DNA of 64,000 bases from Gallionella sp. (GTDB lineage Bacteria > Pseudomonadota > Gammaproteobacteria > Burkholderiales > Gallionellaceae), in assembly GCA_041741275.1 (NCBI GenBank), contig JBGSKJ010000144.1:1259-65258 (forward strand), written 5' to 3'. Shown here piece after piece: positions 41,610 through 49,417 of the stretch (position 1 is its first letter; every line of letters starts with the position of its first letter). The translations under genes and the position numbers were made by a program. The notes beneath the pieces are model-generated. The model saw nothing but the letters and a program-made list of their open reading frames with translations. It was not told the origin of the DNA and made no database searches.

Positions 41610-41687
41610 GTAGGGGCGTATGGCAATACGCCCTTTATGGCGCACCCTGTTACCGTTTATCATGGGCGTTTTGCCATACGCCCCTAC
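41610..41687. repeat. inverted REP doublet between the RAYT start and the MNT stop
   Basis: GTAGGGGCGTATGGCAATACGCCC (41610-41633) and GGGCGTTTTGCCATACGCCCCTAC (41664-41687). The MNT TAG stop lies within the terminal CTAC. Confidence 0.85.
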
Positions 41688-41974
41688 ACATGCACCGCCT
41701 CCTTCTCGATGAAAGGCCGCAACTCTGGACGCAAGGATTTCTCCGTCACCAGATCAACAGGCACCCCGAGTAAATCTTTCAGGTAAAACTGCACCCCAAA
41801 ATAGCGCACAGAGGTCGCCGGGCCATCGAACGCAACCAGTACGTCCACATCACTACCCTCTTTCACCGCGTCGCGCACGACCGAGCCGAACAAGGCCAAG
41901 CGCGCGACGCCAAAGCGCTGCGCCAACACCGGCTTATGTTCAGCCAGCAACTTTAATGTCTGCGACCTGTTCAC
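41684..41974 (-). CDS. nucleotidyltransferase (MNT-type antitoxin-like) protein
   Basis: GTG start with GAGGAG 7 nt upstream (the track uses a TTG at 41989). Motif LFGSVVRDAVKEGSDVDVLV. No HEPN partner ORF is adjacent. Confidence 0.78.
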   Translation of the reverse strand: MNRSQTLKLLAEHKPVLAQRFGVARLALFGSVVRDAVKEGSDVDVLVAFDGPATSVRYFGVQFYLKDLLGVPVDLVTEKSLRPELRPFIEKEAVHV

Positions 41975-42159
41975 TTGCTCACTCCTCAATAAAACGTGGT
42001 ACGTCCCCTATTACTTACTGATTTCGAATTCGATGCTGACCCCGTTTGGTCTGGATAACCAGTTCGAGACCTTTAATTTTATAGTGTGCCTTTAAGAAAT
42101 GATAAACACGCATCAATAAACTCACTATCAGAAATACAGCAACGGCCTATGTGGCAATC

Positions 42160-44745
42160 CTAATTCCGCAACGGCTTCCCATTCTTCAACATATGCTCGA
42201 TGCGCGCCTGCGTCTTCTCGGTCGCCAGCAGCTCCATGAAGTTCTTCCGCTCCAGATCGAGCAGCCATTGTTCATCCACCAGGCTGCCCGCCTCCACATC
42301 ACCGCCGCACATCGTCTCGGCGACGCGGCAGCCGATGTCGTAGTCGTGTTCGGAGATGAATCCGCCTTCCAGCATGTTGACCATCGCAGCCTTGAGGGTG
42401 GCGATGCCGGTGCGTCCGGCCACGGCGATCTGGCGCTGGTGCAGCGGCGGACGGTAGGCGGTGGCGTTAAGTGCTTTCGCCTCTTCCTTGGCGATGTGCA
42501 GCAGCTCGAAGCGGTTCAGCACGATGCGATCCGATGCTCTGAGGTAGCCCATCTCACGCGCCAGTTCGGCGCTCTTGGAGACCTCGCCCATCGCGATGTT
42601 CTGGAAATAGCGCCTGAGGTAGGGAAACACGTCGATGCGGTTGTCGCTGGCAAAACGTTGCGCTTCCTGTGCCGCGCGTTGCGCCATCTCCTTGCAACCG
42701 CCGCCTGCGGGCAATACACCGACGCCCACTTCGACCAGGCCGATGTAACTTTCCAGCGTGGCGACGATCCTTGAACAATGGATCGAGAATTCGCAGCCGC
42801 CACCGAGCGCCAGGCCATCCACAGCGGCGATGGTGGGCACCTGCGCGTATTTCAGGCGTTGCGAGACTTGCTGGAATTTGGCGACTACATCCGCAACTCG
42901 CGCCACATTTCCTGTTGCTGCATTGAACACTTCGCCCAATCCACCACCGCCTGCGACAGTATATTTGACGCGGCTTGCAGCCTGTTTAAGTTTGCCAAGC
43001 ATGCCCGCGTCTTGCGCCAATTCCTGCACGCCCTGCATCAGTTGCAGCAGGTTCGCGCCTGCCGAGAACGGCGGCTCCACTTGCCACAGGATCAGCGCGG
43101 TGAAATGCGCCTCGGCCTCATCCACCGCGCGCAGGATGCCGTCCAGCACTTCGTTGCTGACGATGTGCATCTTGGTCTTGAAACTGAGTATGGCGATGCC
43201 GTCACCCATGTGCCACATCCGCACTTCGTCGGTCTCGAACACGGTCTCGCCATAGTGGCGTTCCTCGCCGACAAGTTTGTCCGGGAAGAGTTGGCGGCGG
43301 TAGACTGGGAGTGTGGAGCGGGGTTGGTAAGTTCCTGGTGGAGTAGGGTGGATAAGCGACAGCGCATCCACCGGAACTCCGGCCCCGGCGGATAAAGGTG
43401 GATGCGCTACGCTTATCCACCCTACATTCGGAGCGAAGGAGCCTTGCGGAGTGTGAACACCGGTACGCGTTGGTTCGGTGACCCATGCCGGCAGCGGCGT
43501 GTTCGCCATCGCCTTGCCTGCCGCGATGTCGGCGGCGATCCAGCCCGCCACTTGCTGCCAGCCTGTCGCCTGCCAGATCTCGAACGGGCCGTTGTCCCAG
43601 CCGAAACCCCAGCGCACCGCGAAATCGAAATCGCGCGCGTTGTCGGCGATCACTTCCAGATACAGCGCGCAGTAGTGGAACACATCGCGGAACACCGCCC
43701 ACAGGAACTGCGCCTGCGGATGCGTGTGGTTGCGCAGCCCAGCGAGCTTCTTTGCCCAGTCGCGTTCGCGCAGGATGTCCTTTACGCCCTCGTCCACCTG
43801 GGCATCGGACAAACGATATTGTCTGGTATGCAGATCCAGCACGTGGATCTCCTTGCCGACCTTCTGGTAGATGCCGCGCTTGGACTTCTGCCCCAGCGCG
43901 CCCTGATCTACCAGATAACCGAACCAGTCCGGCAATTCGAAATGCTTGTGCCATGGGTCGTCGGTGAGGTTCTCGCGCATGGTGTTGACCACGTGCGCGA
44001 ACACGTCGAGACCGACCACATCCAGCGTGCGGAAGGTCGCGCTCTTGGGACGGCCGAGATAGCGCCCGGTCAGCGCATCCACGGTGTCGAAGCCAAGGTT
44101 GAATGCTGCCGCATGATGTTCGGTAGCGAGCATGGAAAACACGCCGATGCGGTTGGCGACGAAGTTGGGCGTGTCCTTGGCGCGCACCACGCCCTTGCCC
44201 AGCGTGGAAACGAGGAAGGTCTCCAGTTGGTCGAGCAGCGGCGCTTCGGTTGCCGCACAAGGGATCAGCTCGACCAGGTGCATGTAACGCGGCGGATTGA
44301 AAAAGTGGATGCCGCAGAAGCGGTGGCGCAGATTCTCGGGGAACGCCTGCGCCAATTGGTTGATCGACAGGCCGGAGGTGTTGCTGGCGAAGATGGCGTT
44401 ATTGTTCACGAACGGCGCAACCTTGCGGTACAGGTCGGACTTCCAGTCCATGCGCTCGGCGATCGCTTCGATGATCAGATCGCATTCGCGCAACTTCTCC
44501 AGATGCTGGTCGTAGTTGGCCGGCTGAATGAAAGTGATCCTGGCCGGGCTGGCAATGGGTGAAGGGTCGAGTTTCTTCAGCCCATCCAGCGCCTTGTTCA
44601 CGTTGCCGTTCGGATCACCCTCTTTTACGGGCAGCTCGAACAGCAGCGTCTCTACATTAGCGTTGACCAGATGTGCGGCGATCTGCGCACCCATCACACC
44701 CGCCCCCAACACGGCGACCTTGCGTATCTGAGAATTGCTTTTCAT
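42160..44745 (-). CDS. fadB: multifunctional 3-hydroxyacyl-CoA dehydrogenase / enoyl-CoA hydratase (beta-oxidation alpha subunit)
   Basis: About 861 aa from ATG 44745. N-terminal NAD motif VAVLGAGVMGAQIA, C-terminal crotonase fold. A 28-codon palindromic insert lies in the inter-domain linker. Confidence 0.9.
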   Translation of the reverse strand: MKSNSQIRKVAVLGAGVMGAQIAAHLVNANVETLLFELPVKEGDPNGNVNKALDGLKKLDPSPIASPARITFIQPANYDQHLEKLRECDLIIEAIAERMDWKSDLYRKVAPFVNNNAIFASNTSGLSINQLAQAFPENLRHRFCGIHFFNPPRYMHLVELIPCAATEAPLLDQLETFLVSTLGKGVVRAKDTPNFVANRIGVFSMLATEHHAAAFNLGFDTVDALTGRYLGRPKSATFRTLDVVGLDVFAHVVNTMRENLTDDPWHKHFELPDWFGYLVDQGALGQKSKRGIYQKVGKEIHVLDLHTRQYRLSDAQVDEGVKDILRERDWAKKLAGLRNHTHPQAQFLWAVFRDVFHYCALYLEVIADNARDFDFAVRWGFGWDNGPFEIWQATGWQQVAGWIAADIAAGKAMANTPLPAWVTEPTRTGVHTPQGSFAPNVGWISVAHPPLSAGAGVPVDALSLIHPTPPGTYQPRSTLPVYRRQLFPDKLVGEERHYGETVFETDEVRMWHMGDGIAILSFKTKMHIVSNEVLDGILRAVDEAEAHFTALILWQVEPPFSAGANLLQLMQGVQELAQDAGMLGKLKQAASRVKYTVAGGGGLGEVFNAATGNVARVADVVAKFQQVSQRLKYAQVPTIAAVDGLALGGGCEFSIHCSRIVATLESYIGLVEVGVGVLPAGGGCKEMAQRAAQEAQRFASDNRIDVFPYLRRYFQNIAMGEVSKSAELAREMGYLRASDRIVLNRFELLHIAKEEAKALNATAYRPPLHQRQIAVAGRTGIATLKAAMVNMLEGGFISEHDYDIGCRVAETMCGGDVEAGSLVDEQWLLDLERKNFMELLATEKTQARIEHMLKNGKPLRN
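43343..43425. repeat. inverted REP doublet (class 2: GTAGGGTGGATAAGCG.AGCGCATCCACC) in frame inside fadB
   Basis: GTAGGGTGGATAAGCGACAGCGCATCCACC-24 nt-GGTGGATGCGCTACGCTTATCCACCCTAC. Encodes VGWISVAHPPLSAGAGVPVDALSLIHPT. Confidence 0.88.
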
Positions 44746-44818
44746 CACACTGCTCCAAAACGGGTTCGTGAAGCAAAAACGGGAAGGCGAACCTTCCCGT
44801 CGTCAACATCATGCTGGC

Positions 44819-46138
44819 TTAGAAATTGTAAGCGTATTGCACGCTGAAGATATCAACGCTGTTCTGGTAGGTTCCGACCAGATTTCCTTTGTCGGGGTTT
44901 TGCATATCGGCGATCGACGAGTCCTTGACGAACAGATGCGCATAACCGAAATCCACTGCACTATCCTTGGATGGTTTGTATTGGCCACCCACCGAGAGCC
45001 AGGTGCGATCATTGTCGGGTATCCGTGCGGTACGGTACGCATCGGTTACCGGCGCCTGATCGACAGCCAAGCCGGCACGCGCTGTCCATTGCTCGTTATA
45101 GTGATAACTCGTCCCAGCCGAAAAACGCCAGGTGTTCTTCCAGTGCTCCTGCACGGTCAGCACGTTTGCACCCGAGGTGCGGTCGATCTTGAGTTGTTGC
45201 AACACACCCCAACCGGTCCAGGTCGCATCCGCCATCACATCCCACTTGTCATCCAACTGATGCAGGCCGCTCACCGAGAAAGAATCCGGCATGGTGATCG
45301 GCAGTGTCACGCCGCCGTTTGCAAGTGTCGGGCTCGCTGCCAAGGCACCCGGCACATTGGAAAATGCGACCGTACCACTCAATGTGTATTTGATCTGGGA
45401 ACGGTATGCCACGCCTATCCGAGTCTGCGGGCTGACGTTGAACAATGCACCCAGGTTATAACCCCATGCCGAATCGCTGCCGCTGATCGTGCTCACACCT
45501 TCTACACCTGCTCCACCAATCGCAGTCAGCAAGCCACCGCCGCCAGCGGCAAAAGCAGCTGCGCTGTAATTCACGGCACTGGTCAGATCCCCAGTAATGT
45601 GCTGATAGTTCAGCCCGGCACCGAGCGAAATCGTGTCGGTCACATCATAGGAAACAGATGGATTCAGATTGATGGTTTGCAGTTTGGATTTGATCGCCTG
45701 AAAGCGACCCATCCAGGTCGTGTCATATTCAGTCTGCAGGCCAAAAGGCGCATTGATGCCCAAGCCGATGCGTGTTTGCGGATTCATTTCCATCGCAAAG
45801 TAGGCATTGGGCACCAGCGCCAAACCACCCGCATCACCGCCATTTCCGCCCAATGTCTGCAATGCGGCAGCGGTAGAGCCGGTATCAGAGAATTTCGCCG
45901 ACGGCTTGATGAAGTGAGCCGCCACCACGACCTGTTTGCCGTTCAGGCGCGACATGCCTGCCGGATTGAAGAAAATCGTGCTGGCATCTTCCGCGATGGC
46001 CGCACCACCCGCATAGGCATTGCCCAGGCCGCTGCCGCTCTGCTCGATCAACGCAAACCCGGAAGCGGCCGCTGTTCCGGACATCGCCAATATCGCACCT
46101 GCCACCAACCCACCCACCACTGTTCTATTGATCATCAT
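44819..46138 (-). CDS. fadL: outer-membrane long-chain fatty acid transporter (FadL/OMPP1/TodX family)
   Basis: 439 aa; signal peptide, then FALIEQSGSGLGNAYAGGAA...FFNPAGM, with a C-terminal F. Confidence 0.9.
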   Translation of the reverse strand: MMINRTVVGGLVAGAILAMSGTAAASGFALIEQSGSGLGNAYAGGAAIAEDASTIFFNPAGMSRLNGKQVVVAAHFIKPSAKFSDTGSTAAALQTLGGNGGDAGGLALVPNAYFAMEMNPQTRIGLGINAPFGLQTEYDTTWMGRFQAIKSKLQTINLNPSVSYDVTDTISLGAGLNYQHITGDLTSAVNYSAAAFAAGGGGLLTAIGGAGVEGVSTISGSDSAWGYNLGALFNVSPQTRIGVAYRSQIKYTLSGTVAFSNVPGALAASPTLANGGVTLPITMPDSFSVSGLHQLDDKWDVMADATWTGWGVLQQLKIDRTSGANVLTVQEHWKNTWRFSAGTSYHYNEQWTARAGLAVDQAPVTDAYRTARIPDNDRTWLSVGGQYKPSKDSAVDFGYAHLFVKDSSIADMQNPDKGNLVGTYQNSVDIFSVQYAYNF

Positions 46139-46207
46139 GATTATCTCTCCCTATAAGTGTTATGAAAAAATACCCAACTGAAAAATTATGCTCCGCCAAT
46201 GATGCGC

Positions 46208-46615
46208 TTATTCTTCCGGCGGAACAACCCTGGGCTTGCGGTTGTCATCCACTGCCACATAGGTCAGCGTGGCCTCGGTCACTTTGACACATACCGGCTT
46301 GGCCGGATCGCGCTGCGCATAGACCTCGACCTCTACGGTGATCGAGGTATTCCCCACCTTCACGATCCTGGTGTAGAAACTCACGATGTCGCCGACGAAG
46401 ATCGGTTGCTTGAACACAAAAGAATTCACCGCCACCGTTGCGACCCTGCCCTTGGCGCGATGCAGCGCCGGGATGCTGCCCGCGATGTCCACCTGCCCCA
46501 TCAGCCACCCGCCGAAAATGTCGCCCGTGTAATTGGCATCGGAAGGCATCGCCGCCATCCGGATCGTTGGCTCGCGCTGCGGCAGGGTGGTGTTCGCATG
46601 CTGATGTTCAGCCAT
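46208..46615 (-). CDS. acyl-CoA thioesterase (hotdog fold, YciA-like)
   Basis: ATG giving MAEHQHAN. Motif NYTGDIFGGWLMGQVD. Confidence 0.85.
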   Translation of the reverse strand: MAEHQHANTTLPQREPTIRMAAMPSDANYTGDIFGGWLMGQVDIAGSIPALHRAKGRVATVAVNSFVFKQPIFVGDIVSFYTRIVKVGNTSITVEVEVYAQRDPAKPVCVKVTEATLTYVAVDDNRKPRVVPPEE

Positions 46616-46617
46616 GA

Positions 46618-48438
46618 TCAATGCCCGTCATAAAGTTCATTTATTTGATCCGCAAATTTTTCGACCACTTTGGCGCGCTTGATCTTCAAGGTGGGCGTGA
46701 GCAGTCCGTTTTCTATGCCCCAGGGTTCTTGCAGCAGCAACACCCGATGCACCCTGGCATAGCCGGGGAAAGCACTCAGATTATCCGAGATCCGTTTCAA
46801 CACCTCGGCCTGAATGCGACTGTCCGTGAGGGCTTCCGCCATATCGGCACGCACGCCGACCTGTTTGGCGAATTTCAACCAAGCCTCGGGATTGAGTACC
46901 GCAAGTGCGACCAGATAGGGTTTGCCCTCACCGTAGACCATCACCTGATCGAACAGGCGTTCGCGCAGGATCGCCTGTTCCATGTCGGCCGGCGGGACTT
47001 TCTCACCGTTCGACATGACGATGATCTCCTTGATGCGGCCGGTGATGTAGATGTGTCCGGTATCACTGATGCCGACAGTATCGCCGGTACTCAGCCAACC
47101 ATCCTCAGTTATCATCGCCCTGGTCGCCTCCGGATTGTTCCAGTAACCCAACATCACGTTCGGCCCCTTCACCAACAGCACGTTCTGCTCGCCGATGCGC
47201 ACCTGCACACCGCGTATCGGCTGGCCGACGCTGTCAGGGTAGTTGTTCTCCAGATGATTCCCCGAAATGATGGGGCTGGTCTCGGTCAGTCCGTAGCCCT
47301 GCACTACCGGCAGGCCAAGACCGACAAACATGCGCGAGATCTCCGGCGCGAGCGCCGCACCGCCACTGACGGCAGTACGCAAACGCCCGCCCAGGCGATC
47401 CAGTATCTTCTGCGCCACCAGTTTCTTCAGCAGCGGCCACAACAGGAACGACAGTTTCCAGCCACCGCGCCCCTGTTCTTGCAGGAAGCGCGCCCAACCC
47501 GTGTCCACCGCCAGCTTGAACAGCTTGCGCTTGAGCGGTGAACCTTCTTCCAGCTTGGCACTGATCGCGGCGTACACCCGCTCGTAGATGCGCGGAACGG
47601 AGATCATGATGGTCGGATGGATGCTCTGCAGGTCCTCCGACAGCAGTGGGATGGAACGCGCATAAGCGACCGTCGCACCGGTCATGATGGCGAGATAGTA
47701 ACCGCAGGTGCGCTCGAAGGTGTGCGACAGCGGCAGGAAGGACAACAACAAATCGTCGTCGCGCATCGTAAAGGTGCCCAGTGCAGCATGCGCGTTGCTC
47801 AACATGTTGTCATGACTGAGCATCACGCCTTTCGGCCTGCCAGTGGTCCCGGAGGTATAGATGATGCTGGCCAGTTCGCTGCTCTTGCAGGGCGGCGCGG
47901 GGTGCAAAGATGCGCTGGCCGGCAAATATTCCGCCATGGATTTCAGGCGTGGTTCCTCGTCATCGCGCACCGGGTCAATACTCACAAAACGCCGCACACC
48001 GCCGATCTGGTCGCGCACCGTGCGCAAGGCCTGCCATTGCTCCGCATTTTCCAGCAACAATACCTTCACGTCAGCATCGTTGATGATATAGGCGATGTTG
48101 TCCGGCCGGTCCACGGTGTACAGCGGAACGACCACCAGCCCCAGCGACATCGCCGCCTGGTCGAACATCACCCACTGCGGGCAGTTGCGCAACATGATCG
48201 CGACGCGGTCACCCTTGGCCAATCCTTCACCGGACAGCGCCATCTGCCAGCGCGCCACCTCGGCCAGCATCTCGCGCCAGGTGATGTCGTGCCATGCCGG
48301 TGCCGGGCCAGAAGTTGTTTGGACGTTCTGCTTGAAATAGCGATAAGCGGGTTTATCCGGTGTACGGCGGGCGCGCTCGACGAACAATCCGTGCAAGGTG
48401 CCCGCCTGTTCCGGCGAAATCACATCGTTCTTTTGCAT
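46618..48438 (-). CDS. fadD: long-chain-fatty-acid--CoA ligase (AMP-forming)
   Basis: Start at the ATG giving MQKNDV, with GGGAGGG 6 nt upstream. AMP-binding motif IIYTSGTTGRPKGV. Confidence 0.9.
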   Translation of the reverse strand: MQKNDVISPEQAGTLHGLFVERARRTPDKPAYRYFKQNVQTTSGPAPAWHDITWREMLAEVARWQMALSGEGLAKGDRVAIMLRNCPQWVMFDQAAMSLGLVVVPLYTVDRPDNIAYIINDADVKVLLLENAEQWQALRTVRDQIGGVRRFVSIDPVRDDEEPRLKSMAEYLPASASLHPAPPCKSSELASIIYTSGTTGRPKGVMLSHDNMLSNAHAALGTFTMRDDDLLLSFLPLSHTFERTCGYYLAIMTGATVAYARSIPLLSEDLQSIHPTIMISVPRIYERVYAAISAKLEEGSPLKRKLFKLAVDTGWARFLQEQGRGGWKLSFLLWPLLKKLVAQKILDRLGGRLRTAVSGGAALAPEISRMFVGLGLPVVQGYGLTETSPIISGNHLENNYPDSVGQPIRGVQVRIGEQNVLLVKGPNVMLGYWNNPEATRAMITEDGWLSTGDTVGISDTGHIYITGRIKEIIVMSNGEKVPPADMEQAILRERLFDQVMVYGEGKPYLVALAVLNPEAWLKFAKQVGVRADMAEALTDSRIQAEVLKRISDNLSAFPGYARVHRVLLLQEPWGIENGLLTPTLKIKRAKVVEKFADQINELYDGH

Positions 48439-48487
48439 CTGCATCCCTCCCTTTATGAACTGCATATTCGATCAAATAAAGTTAAAG

Positions 48488-48556
48488 TCCGTTCGGGCTG
48501 AGGTATCGAAGACCCTAGCGCTGTTGCTGACCCTTCGATACCTCAGGGCGAACGGA
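48488..48556. repeat. 23-bp-arm hairpin in the SDR-fadD spacer
   Basis: TCCGTTCGGGCTGAGGTATCGAA ... TTCGATACCTCAGGGCGAACGGA. Two central mismatches, 22-nt loop. Confidence 0.8.
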
Positions 48557-48577
48557 GTTAATATTCTCAAGCGCCAA

Positions 48578-49417
48578 TCAATCGTCCAAAAACAAGTCGT
48601 TATTAAGCGGCGTACCCGACGACACCGCATAATGCTCGAATTCCTGCACTCCCGCTTCGCGCAACACTTCTTCGTCGATGAAAAAATTTCCGCTGCAAGT
48701 GCGGCAGTCGCGCGTCAATATCGCATAGGCCGCATCCGCCACGATAGCGGGCTTGCGCGAGGCGCGCAGAACGGGCTCGGGAAAGTTGAACTCGATCGCG
48801 GCCGTGGCGATGGTGGTGCGCGGCCAAAGGCAATTCACCGCTATAGCTTTATTCCCGTGGCCATCGGCCGCGAATTCTCGCGCCATGCCCAGCGTGCACA
48901 AGCTCATGCCGTATTTCGACATCGTGTAAGCCAAATGCGGCGCGAACCATTTTGCATCCAGATTCAGCGGCGGCGACATCGTCAGGATGTGCGGATTGTC
49001 CGCCTGCTTGAGATAGGGAATGCAGGCCTGCGACACCAGAAAGGTCGCGCGCATGTTCACGTCCCACATCAGGTCCAATTTTTTGGTGGGCGTCCCCAGT
49101 GTGCCGCTGATGCTGATCGCACTGGCGTTGTTCACCAGCACATCTATTCCGCCAAACTTCTCGACGGTCTGCAACACCGCCGCCTCGATAGCCTGATCGT
49201 CGCGCACGTCCAACCGGATAGCCAAAGACTGCCCGCCTGCCCGCACTGCCTCCTCTGCGACACTGTGTATCGTTCCGGGCAACCGGGCATGCGGCTCCGC
49301 GGTCTTGCCGGTGATCACCACTTTCGCGCCTTCGCGCGCGCAACGCAGTGCTATCTCACGCCCGATTCCGCGACTGGAGCCGGTGATGAAGACGACTTTG
49401 TCGCGCAATGAGGTCAT
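48578..49417 (-). CDS. SDR family oxidoreductase
   Basis: 279 aa; ITGSSRGIG cofactor motif, YTMSK catalytic motif. 4-nt overlap with fadE. Confidence 0.88.
   Translation of the reverse strand: MTSLRDKVVFITGSSRGIGREIALRCAREGAKVVITGKTAEPHARLPGTIHSVAEEAVRAGGQSLAIRLDVRDDQAIEAAVLQTVEKFGGIDVLVNNASAISISGTLGTPTKKLDLMWDVNMRATFLVSQACIPYLKQADNPHILTMSPPLNLDAKWFAPHLAYTMSKYGMSLCTLGMAREFAADGHGNKAIAVNCLWPRTTIATAAIEFNFPEPVLRASRKPAIVADAAYAILTRDCRTCSGNFFIDEEVLREAGVQEFEHYAVSSGTPLNNDLFLDD

Larger units (their letters stand above)
40954..41687 (-). mobile_element. RAYT gene plus its REP hairpins (class 1: GTAGGGGCGTATGGCAATACGCCC)
   Basis: REP copies at 40986-41010, 41225-41248, 41312-41334, 41610-41633 and 41664-41687 in alternating orientation. 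Confidence 0.8.

Noticed and set aside
41990-42159. Search for a HEPN/DUF86 toxin partner of the MNT gene
   Set aside because: There is no ORF of useful length on either strand. The region is AT-rich non-coding, and the downstream side is occupied by REPs and the RAYT gene.
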